DNA from: Candidatus Multivoradales bacterium
GTDB lineage: Bacteria > Acidobacteriota > Thermoanaerobaculia > Multivoradales > J023
NCBI GenBank assembly: GCA_965248925.1
Contig: CBDFLE010000006.1
Span: forward strand, 4,736,001-4,800,000
Reading direction: 5' to 3'
DNA: 64,000 nt
The position numbers and the translations under genes are program-made. The notes beneath the pieces were generated by a model. That model made no database searches. It was not told the DNA's origin and was given only the letters and a program-made list of their open reading frames with translations. Positions 1 through 9,553 of the stretch are shown one piece after another; positions within the stretch are counted from its first letter, which is position 1; the number at the start of each line of letters is the position of its first letter.

Positions 1-1328
1 CGGTCACCGCCACCATCCGTGAGCTATACCGGCCAGTCGTCTACACCTCGATCTCTACCGCGATCGGATTTCTGTCCTTTCTCAGCGCGTCGGTCGTTCC
101 CATGCGGCATTTTGGTTGCCTTGCTGCCTACGGCATCCTTGTCGCCATGTTCATGACCTTCACCTTGACACCGGCTCTCGCGGTGCTGCTGCCACCGTCT
201 TTCTTCGTCCGTTGGGGGTCTGTCAGCCGCATCAGGTGGTCGCCGGCGGTCTTCGCCGGGCGTCACCGCACCCTTGTGCTGGTGACCGGTCTGCTGCTGC
301 TGGTCATCGGAATACCTGGCTTGCTACGCATCTCGGTGCAGGATTCATGGATCGATAACTTCGACCCCGCATCGCTTCTGGTCCGGACCGAGCGGGCGTT
401 CAGCGAGGCATTCTGGGGCACCTACCGCTTCGATGTGGTGTTTGCTGGGCCGCCCGGCCTCTTCCACCGTCCGCGGGGGGCGCAGCTGGTCTCCTCCGCG
501 GCCCGGGCCGCTGCCGAGGCCTCACACGTCGGTGGAGTTGTAACCTATCTCGAGCCCCTCGACACGGTGGCCGACGTGCTCGGGCTGGCGGTCGGCGCTG
601 CCGGCTTGCCGGACGATGCTCTGCTAGCAGTGGTCGAGGTTGCAACCACGTACGGGCGCCAGATTGGGCTCGAGCGTCTGGTGACGCCGGACGGGCATTC
701 GGCACGGATCCTGGTGGTCGTCAACAGCCCTGACTATCTGCGGTCCCTGGCCTTCGCCAGGCATGTCGAGGAGAAGCTGGCGCCGCTGGCTACGGGCTCG
801 GGAGCTGTTCTCCACACCAGCGGCGACATTCCGCTGGCGCTGGCCACCGTGCGGGCGGTCGTTAGCAATCAGCTGCGATCGGTCGCCTGGACTTTTCTGG
901 GGATAGGGCTGTTGCTCCTGCTGGTGAATCGCCGGCTTTGGCTGACCGTGACCCAGCTTGTGCCGCCGGCAGCGGCTGCTTGGTTGGTGCTATCCGGCAT
1001 GGGTTACGCTGGTCTGTCCCTGGGCGTCGCCACGAGTCTGTTTACGGCTCTGACGATCGGAGTTGGGGTCGACTTCGCGTTGCACCTATCCTACGCCTTC
1101 GAGTATCAACGATCACTAGGCCTCGAAGCGGCGGACGCCGTTTGCGCCGCCCTCGATAGCACCGCGGCGGGCCGGCGGTGGAGCACGGTTGTACTTTCGG
1201 TCGGCTTCCTGGTGTTGGCGGCCTCGGCCTTTGGGCCCAATCACCACCTCGGCCTCCTGCTGGCTGCCGCGATGGTGGCTGCCCATTTGACCACCTGGCT
1301 GTTACTGCCGCGGATGCTAGCCCGATGA
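1..1328 (+). CDS. MMPL/RND-family transporter, 5'-truncated by window edge
   Basis: Frame is open from position 3 (VTATIRELYRPVVYTSISTAIGFLSF...). It has multiple TM helices, the GVGVDFALH motif typical of MMPL TM helices and a large extracytoplasmic loop. Confidence 0.85.
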   Translation, partial: VTATIRELYRPVVYTSISTAIGFLSFLSASVVPMRHFGCLAAYGILVAMFMTFTLTPALAVLLPPSFFVRWGSVSRIRWSPAVFAGRHRTLVLVTGLLLLVIGIPGLLRISVQDSWIDNFDPASLLVRTERAFSEAFWGTYRFDVVFAGPPGLFHRPRGAQLVSSAARAAAEASHVGGVVTYLEPLDTVADVLGLAVGAAGLPDDALLAVVEVATTYGRQIGLERLVTPDGHSARILVVVNSPDYLRSLAFARHVEEKLAPLATGSGAVLHTSGDIPLALATVRAVVSNQLRSVAWTFLGIGLLLLLVNRRLWLTVTQLVPPAAAAWLVLSGMGYAGLSLGVATSLFTALTIGVGVDFALHLSYAFEYQRSLGLEAADAVCAALDSTAAGRRWSTVVLSVGFLVLAASAFGPNHHLGLLLAAAMVAAHLTTWLLLPRMLAR

Positions 1329-2188
1329 GCGCGAAGTCCGCCAGCTTTCCTCGCTGGCTGGCGGCGGGCCTGATCTGGGTGCTGGCCTCGGCGGCCTCTT
1401 GCTATGCCTCTGGTGCCAGTGCGGCGACCGTCCTACGAAGAGCCGATCTGGTGCGTAATCCTTTTCTCGGCACGGTGCTCGACTTCGAGCTGTCGGTCGT
1501 TTCCACGGCCTCTGGCCGCCATCTCCGCCGGTCCCGTTACACAATGCTCACCCGCCGTGGCGACCGGACGCTTGTCGTGCTGTTGCAGGAAGACAGAGCC
1601 GCCCCCGGTACTCTGCTGATCGCGGATGACACCTACTGGTTGTTGCTGCCCCAGGCTGAGCGTCCGGTCAAGCTCGACCTGCGGCAGGTGGTTGCGGGAG
1701 AGCTCTCGCACGCCGGCTTTCTGCGACTCAACCTGCGGCTTCGCTATCAGCCAGCCATCGACGCTGAGGAGGTCGTCAGCGGCATTCCATGCTGGCGACT
1801 CAGGCTGACGCCGAAGAGCAAAACTGCACCCTTCGGCCGGGTGCGATATTGGGTCGCTCGCAACAGCTTTCTACCCGTCCGGATTGAGTTCTACTCCATC
1901 TCGGGGGAGCTTCTCAAGACGGCGAGTTTCACCGGTTACCACGACCTCGGTGGCGGACCTCGGCCGGCGCTGATCGAGATCGAGGACACCCACCGACCGG
2001 ACGAGCGGGCGACGCTGACCTTGAGCTGGCCGAAGGGTGCGCCGACTTCAGGGCTAGCTTTTGATCTCGATGACTTGCTGGCGCTTCGCGACGCGGCTCG
2101 GCGTCTAACCGCCAACGACGATTCGCCGACGAGTGGGCGCCAGCTCGTTGAAGCGCTTGCGAGATCCGCTCGAGCCAGGGGAAGGTAG
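1325..2188 (+). CDS. Outer-membrane lipoprotein-sorting (LolA-like) protein
   Basis: ATGA overlap with the MMPL stop; signal peptide; C-terminal motifs CWRLRLTPK...RVRYWV...PVRIEFY..SGELLKT resemble LolA-like proteins that accompany MMPL genes. Confidence 0.7.
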   Translation: MSAKSASFPRWLAAGLIWVLASAASCYASGASAATVLRRADLVRNPFLGTVLDFELSVVSTASGRHLRRSRYTMLTRRGDRTLVVLLQEDRAAPGTLLIADDTYWLLLPQAERPVKLDLRQVVAGELSHAGFLRLNLRLRYQPAIDAEEVVSGIPCWRLRLTPKSKTAPFGRVRYWVARNSFLPVRIEFYSISGELLKTASFTGYHDLGGGPRPALIEIEDTHRPDERATLTLSWPKGAPTSGLAFDLDDLLALRDAARRLTANDDSPTSGRQLVEALARSARARGR

Positions 2189-2193
2189 GGGCG

Positions 2194-2676
2194 CTAGTGA
2201 GTCCAGTTCAGATGGCTGTCGTAGCAACCGCCACCCTTGGTTGGGGTCGGGGCATTCCCGGGCAGGGCGAGCTGGTCGGCGAATACCAGATCCTCGGTGA
2301 TCCGGCGCGAGGCGAGTTCGGCCGGTAGAACGCTACCCTCTGGCGGTTCGGCGAGGAGCAAGCGAGGTACCACAACGCTACTAGGGGTTACTTCAAGGTA
2401 CTCGGTCAGCAAGCTCTCGGGGTCGATGATAATCGGCGTGGTGTCGTCGCTTTGGCCCTCTTGTAGCAGGCCGAACTCGGCCGCTGACTCGTCGTAGGTG
2501 AACACCAAACGCAGACCATTGGTGTAACGCAAGTCGGCGAGGTCGAAGACCTTGGCGGTGAACTCTTCGCGGTCCTTGGCCGGCGATACCTCGTCGTTGG
2601 CCGAGGCTAGCGCCGGTGTCAGAGCAAGAATGCTGGCGACCAGCAATGTGGTGGTGGTTATGGAATATCGCTGCAT
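2194..2676 (-). CDS. Secreted acidic hypothetical protein (possibly 3'-truncated)
   Basis: Strong RBS (GGAGG) upstream of ATG; Sec signal peptide ending ALASA; 160 aa. Confidence 0.65.
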   Translation of the reverse strand: MQRYSITTTTLLVASILALTPALASANDEVSPAKDREEFTAKVFDLADLRYTNGLRLVFTYDESAAEFGLLQEGQSDDTTPIIIDPESLLTEYLEVTPSSVVVPRLLLAEPPEGSVLPAELASRRITEDLVFADQLALPGNAPTPTKGGGCYDSHLNWTH

Positions 2677-2886
2677 GAGTTCCTCCGTTCAGATCCAGAG
2701 TTGTTTTTTCAGGTCACCGGCATGGGGCCCCGAGGAGCGTTGAAAGAGCCGGAATACCTGTCGAACAGGAGAGGAACGTCTGGTGGTGGCGAACTCCCTC
2801 ACCGCATTTGCGGATTCTCTTTGTACGGTGGATTGCTTGGCGGCAAACCTCAAGGAGGTGGCTGCGCGCTCGACAAGGTCGCCCGC

Positions 2887-4410
2887 CTACTTGAAGATCT
2901 TCATCCAGGTATTGAGGATCTTGGTCACCGTCGGCGTCAGCTTGGTTTTCTGCCACTCGCTGGCGACCCGTTTGTAGATTTCGGCCTGGGTGGGGTAGGG
3001 CAAGATGGTGCTGGCGAATTTGCCCAGGCCGATCTTGTGGGTCACCGCCAGGGCCAGGGGCGCCAACATGTCGCCAGCGTGGGCGGCGACCAGGGTGCCG
3101 CCGAGGATCTGATCGCTACCTTTCTTCAGGTGGAGGCGCAAGAATCCGTCGCTCTCGCCATCGAGCTTGGCGCGGTCGTTGTCGCTCAAGGGCACGGTGT
3201 AGGTGTCGATCGCGATGCCTGCTTTTTCGGCGTCGGCGGCGTACATGCCGACGTGGGCGATCTCCGGGCTGGTGTAGGTGGCCCAAGGAACCACCAGGGC
3301 ACTGGCCTTGAGGCTGCGGAAGAACAACGCGTTCTGCACCACGATCTTGGCCTGGGCGTCGGCGGTGTGGGTGAATTTGAACTGTGAGGCGATGTCGCCA
3401 CAGGCGAAGATCTTGCTGTTCGAGGTGCGTAGGTTGTCGTTCACCGTGACGCCGAATTTGTCGTATTTGACGCCCGCGGCTTCGAGGCCCAGGCCGTCGG
3501 TGTTGGGCCTGCGACCCACCGCCACCAGCAGCTGATCGACGGCGGTGCGGGCGGTCTGGCCGTCTTCCTCTGCCACCACGATGATCGATTCGCCGTCTTT
3601 CTCGATGCCCTTGATCGCCACCCCGAGATGGAGGTCGATGCCGTCGCGGATCATCGCTTGTTGCACGATCTCGGCGGCGTCGCCATCTTCTCGCGACAAA
3701 ACGTGCGGTGCCATGTCGAAGAGCTGTACGTCGCTGCCGAAGTTGGCGAAGGACTGCGCCATCTCGCAACCGATTGGGCCGCCGCCGATGACCCCGAAGC
3801 GGGGCGGCAACTCGGTGAGTGAGAACACTGACTCGTTGGTCAAGTACTCGACCTCGGCCAGGCCGGGGATTGGCGGCGCGGCGGCGCGGGCGCCGGTGGT
3901 GATCACCGCGCGGCGAAAGTGCAACCGCTGGCCATCGACTTCTAGGGCGTCGGAAGCGACGAATTTCCCCTGGCCGAGGAAGATATCGATCCCCTGGTCA
4001 GCGAAGCGCTGCGCTCCGTCGTGGGGGCCAATCTTGGCCCGCTCGCGGCGCATGCGCTCCATCGCCCGAGCAAAGTTACCGGCACCGCTGACCTCCGGCG
4101 CACCAAATACCGCGGCAGCGGTCTTGGCGGTGTGCCAGGCGCGGGCGGCGCTGATCACCCCTTTGGAGGGCACGCAGCCGACGTTGAGACAATCCCCGCC
4201 CAGCAAGTGGCGCTCTACCAGAGCGACTTTGGCCCCCGCTCCGGCCGCCACGATGGCGCTGATCAAGCCGGCGGTGCCACCACCGACCACCACCAAGTGA
4301 TACCGGTCCTGGGGCTGGGGGTTAACCCAATCGTGGGGGTGGACGAACGAGATTAGCTTTTGATTGTGCTCATCCCAGGGCTGCATGGTGGGTTTGCCGT
4401 GCTCACTCAT
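2887..4410 (-). CDS. Class-I pyridine nucleotide-disulfide oxidoreductase, MerA-like
   Basis: GGGTAG FAD motif, GGDCLNVGCVPSK redox disulfide, GGGPIGCE NAD(P) motif, YPTQAE C-terminal motif; no C-terminal Cys-Cys pair. Confidence 0.9.
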   Translation of the reverse strand: MSEHGKPTMQPWDEHNQKLISFVHPHDWVNPQPQDRYHLVVVGGGTAGLISAIVAAGAGAKVALVERHLLGGDCLNVGCVPSKGVISAARAWHTAKTAAAVFGAPEVSGAGNFARAMERMRRERAKIGPHDGAQRFADQGIDIFLGQGKFVASDALEVDGQRLHFRRAVITTGARAAAPPIPGLAEVEYLTNESVFSLTELPPRFGVIGGGPIGCEMAQSFANFGSDVQLFDMAPHVLSREDGDAAEIVQQAMIRDGIDLHLGVAIKGIEKDGESIIVVAEEDGQTARTAVDQLLVAVGRRPNTDGLGLEAAGVKYDKFGVTVNDNLRTSNSKIFACGDIASQFKFTHTADAQAKIVVQNALFFRSLKASALVVPWATYTSPEIAHVGMYAADAEKAGIAIDTYTVPLSDNDRAKLDGESDGFLRLHLKKGSDQILGGTLVAAHAGDMLAPLALAVTHKIGLGKFASTILPYPTQAEIYKRVASEWQKTKLTPTVTKILNTWMKIFK

Positions 4411-5140
4411 CGGTGGCCTCCTTCAGTGCTTTGGCGGCGATCTTGGTGACCATCATCGTTACCACCACGGTCGCCAGCAAGCCGATACCGAGGAAGACCC
4501 ACTGCTCGGCCCCTTTTTCGGCCTCGGCGCCAGCGGCTAATGCCGCCAGGTCACCGGCTGCTTTACCGTAGTAGACCCAGAGAAAAGTGCCGGGAATCAT
4601 GCCGACCGAGGCGGTGATGTAGTCGATGAAGCGCACCTTGGTCAGGCCAAGGCCGTAATTCAACAAGTTGAAAGGGAAGATCGGCGATAGCCGCAGCAAA
4701 AAGACGATCTTGCGTCCCTGAACTCCGACCGCCTTGTCGATGGCGGCGAATCGCTGATTGCCCTCGAGCTTCTTCTCAATAGCCCCGCGAGCCAGGTAGC
4801 GGGACACCAAGAAGGCCAGTCCGGCGCCCAGCGTGGAGCCGACAAAGACGAAGGCGACCCCCTTCGACAGTCCAAACAGGGCGCCGCCGGCTAGGGTCAG
4901 GACAGAGCCTGGCAAGAAGGCCACCGTGGCGACGACGTAGCCAAGAATGAACACCACCGGTCCCCAAAACCCGAGCCCCTCAACCCATTGGGCGAAGTCG
5001 GTGATGTATCCCCCGGCTTGGCTGCCGAGTAAGAACAGGCCGGCGACGGCACCCAAGATCACCACGACCTTGAGCATACCGAAGGTCTTGGACGCAGGCT
5101 TATCGCTGGCCGCGCTCAAAATGGCGGATGACTCGCTCAT
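4403..5140 (-). CDS. TVP38/TMEM64 (DedA/VTT) family membrane protein
   Basis: LTLAGGALFG, LLRLSPIFPFNLLNYGLG and GMIPGT motifs; RBS AAGGAG before ATG at 5140; overlaps the downstream oxidoreductase start. Confidence 0.9.
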   Translation of the reverse strand: MSESSAILSAASDKPASKTFGMLKVVVILGAVAGLFLLGSQAGGYITDFAQWVEGLGFWGPVVFILGYVVATVAFLPGSVLTLAGGALFGLSKGVAFVFVGSTLGAGLAFLVSRYLARGAIEKKLEGNQRFAAIDKAVGVQGRKIVFLLRLSPIFPFNLLNYGLGLTKVRFIDYITASVGMIPGTFLWVYYGKAAGDLAALAAGAEAEKGAEQWVFLGIGLLATVVVTMMVTKIAAKALKEATDE

Positions 5141-5335
5141 TTGCAACTCCTTGTGCGTACTTGGTGGCGGCGCCGAGCATTCAGGCTCGTCATCGCTCTT
5201 TCGCCGGAGGTTACGGCACATCAGGGAAGGTGGTTCTGTCCTCGCGCGGTGGCCGATGGGTTCGGGGTGTTGCCGTCGGTCACAAGTTAGAACTGCAAAT
5301 TGATCCGGAATGTCGATGCATTTTGCAGATTCCTG

Positions 5336-5365
5336 TTGATTAACGTGTCGAGAGGAGCCTACAAT
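5336..5365 (+). promoter_or_regulatory. Putative sigma70 promoter of glnA
   Basis: TTGATT-18 nt-TACAAT about 55 nt upstream of the glnA ATG. Confidence 0.4.
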
Positions 5366-5419
5366 CCGCCGATCGATCGTTAATGCAGAGTCAATCTACT
5401 CCCTGAAAGAGAGGGTCTC

Positions 5420-6751
5420 ATGACCAGGAACGAGATACATCGGCAGGTGAAAGAAGAGAACGTGCGCTTCCTGCGCCTCTGTTTCACCGACATGTTAGGG
5501 GTGATCAAGAACGTCGAGGTGCCGCGGAGCCAGTTCAGCAAGGCCCTCGATGGCCAAATCATGTTCGACGGTTCGTCGATCGAAGGCTTCGTGCGCATCG
5601 AAGAGTCGGACATGCTGCTGATTCCCGATCTCGATTCCTTCCAGGTCAACCCGTGGACCAATCCGGACGGGTCCAAAGTGGCGCGGATGATCTGCGATGT
5701 CTACCTGCCCGACGGCAAGCCCTTTCCAGGTTGTCCACGCTGTACCCTCAAGCGGCAAATCGAGCGGGCGACGGCGATGGGCTACACCATGTTGGCGGGT
5801 CCCGAGGCAGAGTTTTTCCTCTTCGCCAAGGACCCGGACGGCAAGACGGTGGTCGACCAGACCCACGACTTCGGTGGCTATTTCGACTTGACGCCGGTGG
5901 ATCGCGGTGAGGAGTGTCGGCGCGACATCGTGATGGTGCTCGAGGCGATGGGTTTCGAGGTCGAGGCCGCCCATCATGAAGTGGCGCCGGGTCAGCATGA
6001 GATCGATTTCAAATATTCCGAGGCGCTGAGTTGCGCCGACAATGTAGTCACCTTCCGCTTCGTGGTCAAGAAGGTGGCGACGGACCATGGTCTGCACGCC
6101 ACCTTCATGCCCAAGCCTCTCTACGGGGTCAATGGATCGGGCATGCACTGCCATCAGAGTCTGGTCGACAAAGATGGCAACAACACCTTCTTCAACGAGC
6201 AGGCTGAGTGGCAATTGTCGAAGACCGCCCTGGCCTACATCGGTGGTCTGCTAAAGCATGCGCCTGCTTTCGTCTCGGTGACCAATCCGCTAGTCAACTC
6301 TTACAAGCGTTTGCTGCCGGGTTTCGAGGCGCCGACCAACATCGCCTGGTCGGAGAAGAACCGCAGTCCGCTGGTGCGCGTGCCGGCCCGGCGCGGCCCT
6401 GGCACGCGCTGCGAGTTGCGGGTGCCAGATCCGGCTTGCAACCCCTATCTGGCTTTAGCGGTCACCCTGGCCGCTGGTCTCGACGGGGTCGAGACTGGAA
6501 TCGACCCGGGGCCGCCAGTGAACAAGAACATCTTCGCCATGAGCGAGCGGGAGAAGAAACGCTTCAAGATTCGCCAGCTGCCCTCTAATCTGGCGCTGGC
6601 CCTCGATCATCTGGAGAAGAGCAAGGTGATCCGGGACGCCCTCGGCGAGCATATTGCCGAGCACTACATCGCCGCCAAACGACAGGAATACACCGACTTC
6701 CTGGCCCACGTTCATCCCTGGGAGCAAGAACGCTACCTGCACGCCTATTGA
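5420..6751 (+). CDS. glnA: Glutamine synthetase type I (GSI-alpha-like)
   Basis: MFDGSSIEGFVRIEESDM, HHEVAPGQHEIDF, ATFMPKPLYGVNGSGMHCHQS and NRSPLVRVP motifs; 443 aa. Confidence 0.97.
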   Translation: MTRNEIHRQVKEENVRFLRLCFTDMLGVIKNVEVPRSQFSKALDGQIMFDGSSIEGFVRIEESDMLLIPDLDSFQVNPWTNPDGSKVARMICDVYLPDGKPFPGCPRCTLKRQIERATAMGYTMLAGPEAEFFLFAKDPDGKTVVDQTHDFGGYFDLTPVDRGEECRRDIVMVLEAMGFEVEAAHHEVAPGQHEIDFKYSEALSCADNVVTFRFVVKKVATDHGLHATFMPKPLYGVNGSGMHCHQSLVDKDGNNTFFNEQAEWQLSKTALAYIGGLLKHAPAFVSVTNPLVNSYKRLLPGFEAPTNIAWSEKNRSPLVRVPARRGPGTRCELRVPDPACNPYLALAVTLAAGLDGVETGIDPGPPVNKNIFAMSEREKKRFKIRQLPSNLALALDHLEKSKVIRDALGEHIAEHYIAAKRQEYTDFLAHVHPWEQERYLHAY

Positions 6752-6864
6752 TCGTTGGCGGGGTGGCGAAAACCTCCAGGAGCGGCGTACGGCGTGCGCC
6801 CTGTTTGCGGGAGGGGGGGGGCGGGATAGGATGCCGCCGGTGCGGGCGAACCACCGGGGGATGC

Positions 6865-7212
6865 ATGAACTCTGAGTCGACCGGGCAGAACAACCGAGAG
6901 GGAGCCGACCGCGGCTGGGTCTCCCAGGCGGTGCGACGGATGCAGCAGGGTGATGCCGTGGCCAGCCACTTCGAGCTGCTGTTTCGCCACTATGAGCCCA
7001 AGATCCGGGGCCACCTGCGGCGCGATGGCTGGCGCGACGCGGATCTCGACGATGTGGTCCAAGAGGTGATGGTGCGGGTCTATAGAGGAGTGAAGACGTT
7101 TCGTCTCGAGGCGTCCTTCGACACCTGGATCTTGCGGATCATGAGCAATGCCTCCAAGAACGCCATCCGCGGCCGCCACACCGGCAAGGCCCGCGCCACC
7201 CGCGCCTCCTGA
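6865..7212 (+). pseudogene. ECF RNA polymerase sigma factor, truncated (region 2 only)
   Basis: FELLFRHY...DDVVQEVMVRVYRGVKTFRLEASFDTWILRIMSN is sigma region 2; stop at 7212 comes before any region 4 HTH. Confidence 0.75.
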
Positions 7213-7229
7213 GACGCCTTGCTCGACCG

Positions 7230-8000
7230 GAGAGGCGAAACTGGACCGCGCATGGCTGAACCGCCGAGCGCGGCCGAGGGACTGCTCTCGGCGTCCAGCG
7301 ACTGCTGCTCGGCCGGGTGGAGGAGGGCATCGAAGAGTTGCGGCAAGCGGTTGCCGTGCGGCGCGCGCTGGGCGATCCGGTCGCCGTCGGTCAGACCCTG
7401 GGGTCCTTGGCCTGGGGTCTGAGTCTCGATGGCCAGGACGCCGCCGCGCGGGCGGCCTACGCCGAGGCTGTCGAACCGCACCAGCCGCTGGTGGAGAACC
7501 ACGAGGTCGTGCATCTGCCGTCGGCCTCGACCTTGGTGGCTTTACGCCGTCGAGCGGCGCGCCCGCCGGCCCCTCACCTGCTGGCGGTGATCGCCGGCCC
7601 GGTCTTCGAGGCCGACGATCCACGGCTCACCGGCAGCCCCCCACAGCAGACGGCCAGCGCCCCGAACTCGCCCCTGGCGCGTACCCGCCGGGCTCTCAAC
7701 GGCCAGTTCGACCGCCCTCAAGCCGCTGCCGAAGAAGGCTCGCGCATCGCCGCCATCGCCCAGCGGGTGGATGGGCTGGCGCCCCCGGTCCACAGTGGTT
7801 TCGCCGCCAGCCGCGAGCTGGTCACCGGTGGTGATCTCGACAGCTACCGCATCCTGCACTTCACCACCCACGGCATCGTCGACGCCGCCGATCCCGCCCT
7901 GGCCGGGCTGGTGCTGTCGCTCTACGCCGCCGCCAGCCGCCCCCGCGACGGCCTGCTGCCCGCCCGCGATTTGCGCGCTCTGCACCTCGCCGCCGGTCAA
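7230..8000 (+). pseudogene. TPR-CHAT protease remnant
   Basis: A short TPR segment is joined directly to CHAT motifs (HEVVHLPSASTL, YRILHFTTHG, GLVLSL, DGLL). Homology ends before the LVVLSAC catalytic Cys. No credible start; frameshifted 5' part. Confidence 0.75.
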
Positions 8001-9177
8001 AATCTAGCCCTTCGATCGCTTGACCGAGGACTTGCACCGCCCGGTCGAAGCTGTGGACTTGCTCGAAGCTGCAGAAGACCGCCTCCTCAAAGCGTCCGAC
8101 CCGCAACCACCATGCCGTCGCCTCTCGCGACAGCGCGGTCTTGCCCATGCCGCCGCCTCCGGCGACCACCACCGCGTTGTGTTTCTCGAAGGCTCTGCCG
8201 AGTTCCCACAGCTCCTGGGTTCGCCCCTGGAAGCGGTAGGTCGGCTCGGGCGGAAAGCCGTGCAGGCGCTCCTCCGGCGAGCTCACCAAGACCGGCGCGG
8301 CTCCGGCTTCGGCGGCCTCCGCGGAGTCGGCGTCGTCCGTGCGCAGCGACAAATCCGGCCTCACCTGGTAGAGCTGCGGCACGAACCAATCTTGCAGCTT
8401 GACGGTCGATGGATCTGGCCCCAGGGTCAGCCAACGATCGGGCTCGGCTCGCATCCTGGTCCGCGCCGCGGAGAGCGCCTGGCCAATGCTCTGACCGTCC
8501 GCCACCTGGCGGTAAAAGCTCTCCACCAGCAGGCGCGACGCCTCAATGTGGAGTTGGCAGAATTCGACCTCTACCGAACCTCGGGGCAGGCGATCGAGAC
8601 TATCGAGCAGAGGGCGAATGCTGCTGCGCGGATCGATGAAGCCGGAGTCGGTGGGCCGGCTGACGATCACCAGCAGACGCATCGGCAGACTCAGCTGCAT
8701 CGGCTCCAGGGGCCTGGCACCTTCGAGCTGCCGACGGATCGACACCCCGCGAAAGGCCAGTGGCCCCTTGCGATCTCGCATCAGCTCCCAAGGCTGCACC
8801 AAGACGGCAGGTTCCGAAGTGCCGAGGGTTAGCAGAACCGGGCGCTCGGCTTTCAGCGCTTGCAGCAGATTGCGGTAGACATGGGTGCCTTCGACGCTGC
8901 CAAAGGCGGCATCAAAGAGTGCCCGTCCCCACGGCTCAAGCTGGCGCTCCACCTTGTAGGCCCGCACCCGAGTGCCAGCACCGACGAACTCATGGTATTT
9001 CTCCAAGTACCAGCGCAGATCGGTGGCGTCGTCGCCGGTGAGGGGAGGCTTGAGCGCAAACGGCCCGGAGATCTGCCCGTCCGACTCCACCCACCGGGCC
9101 TCGTAGGGGGCGTTAGGGGAGGAGTCGGAGTCAGACTCGGTCTTGCGGATCACTAGGCGGACGGAATAAGGGGTCAT
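8000..9177 (-). pseudogene. CHAT + P-loop NTPase (NB-ARC-like) protein remnant
   Basis: RBS GAGGAG; CHAT N-terminal motifs (LRWYLEKY, PWELMRD, RLLVIVSRP); catalytic core missing; then FQGRTQEL...GGGGMGKTAL Walker A; homology lost near 8000. Confidence 0.75.
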
Positions 9178-9292
9178 CGTCGCTCCTCGAAGTGGTTATG
9201 AGGAGTTGGACCCGGCGAGTTCGCTTGTAGGGGTATCGGGATCGAGGCCCAGGCAGAGGCGGCGAGGGTCGACCGTAAACAAGAGCCTTACT

Positions 9293-9460
9293 CTTCGTCC
9301 CGCCAGGGACGTTACATCCTAGCGAGGGATTTCAATCCCTCGCGGTGGCTGTCTGAGTCGGGATGGCGTGACTCGCTGGACCTTGGTGCCGGCGCCCCAC
9401 GCGCGCCCCGCAAGTGATTGAAATCACTCGCTAGGTGATAACGTCCCTGACGGGACGAGG
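9293..9460. repeat. REP-doublet (REPIN/MITE-like) element with 53-bp imperfect inverted arms
   Basis: Arm 9293-9345 matches the reverse complement of 9408-9460. Each arm holds two hairpins: GTCCC-N4-GGGAC and GCGAGGGAT-TTCA-ATCCCTCGC. Confidence 0.8.
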
Positions 9461-9553
9461 ACGCTGCGTGTCCCGAGTTTGCACGTAGTGCTAGGTTCGT
9501 CCCCATTGACCCGCTCTTTTCCCCGATCCGATCAGCTGGCGAAAGGCTCCGCG

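Noticed and set aside
2887-4410. merA or lpdA gene symbol
   Set aside because: Lacks the MerA C-terminal Cys pair and the E3 His-Glu dyad; no mer or dehydrogenase-complex context.
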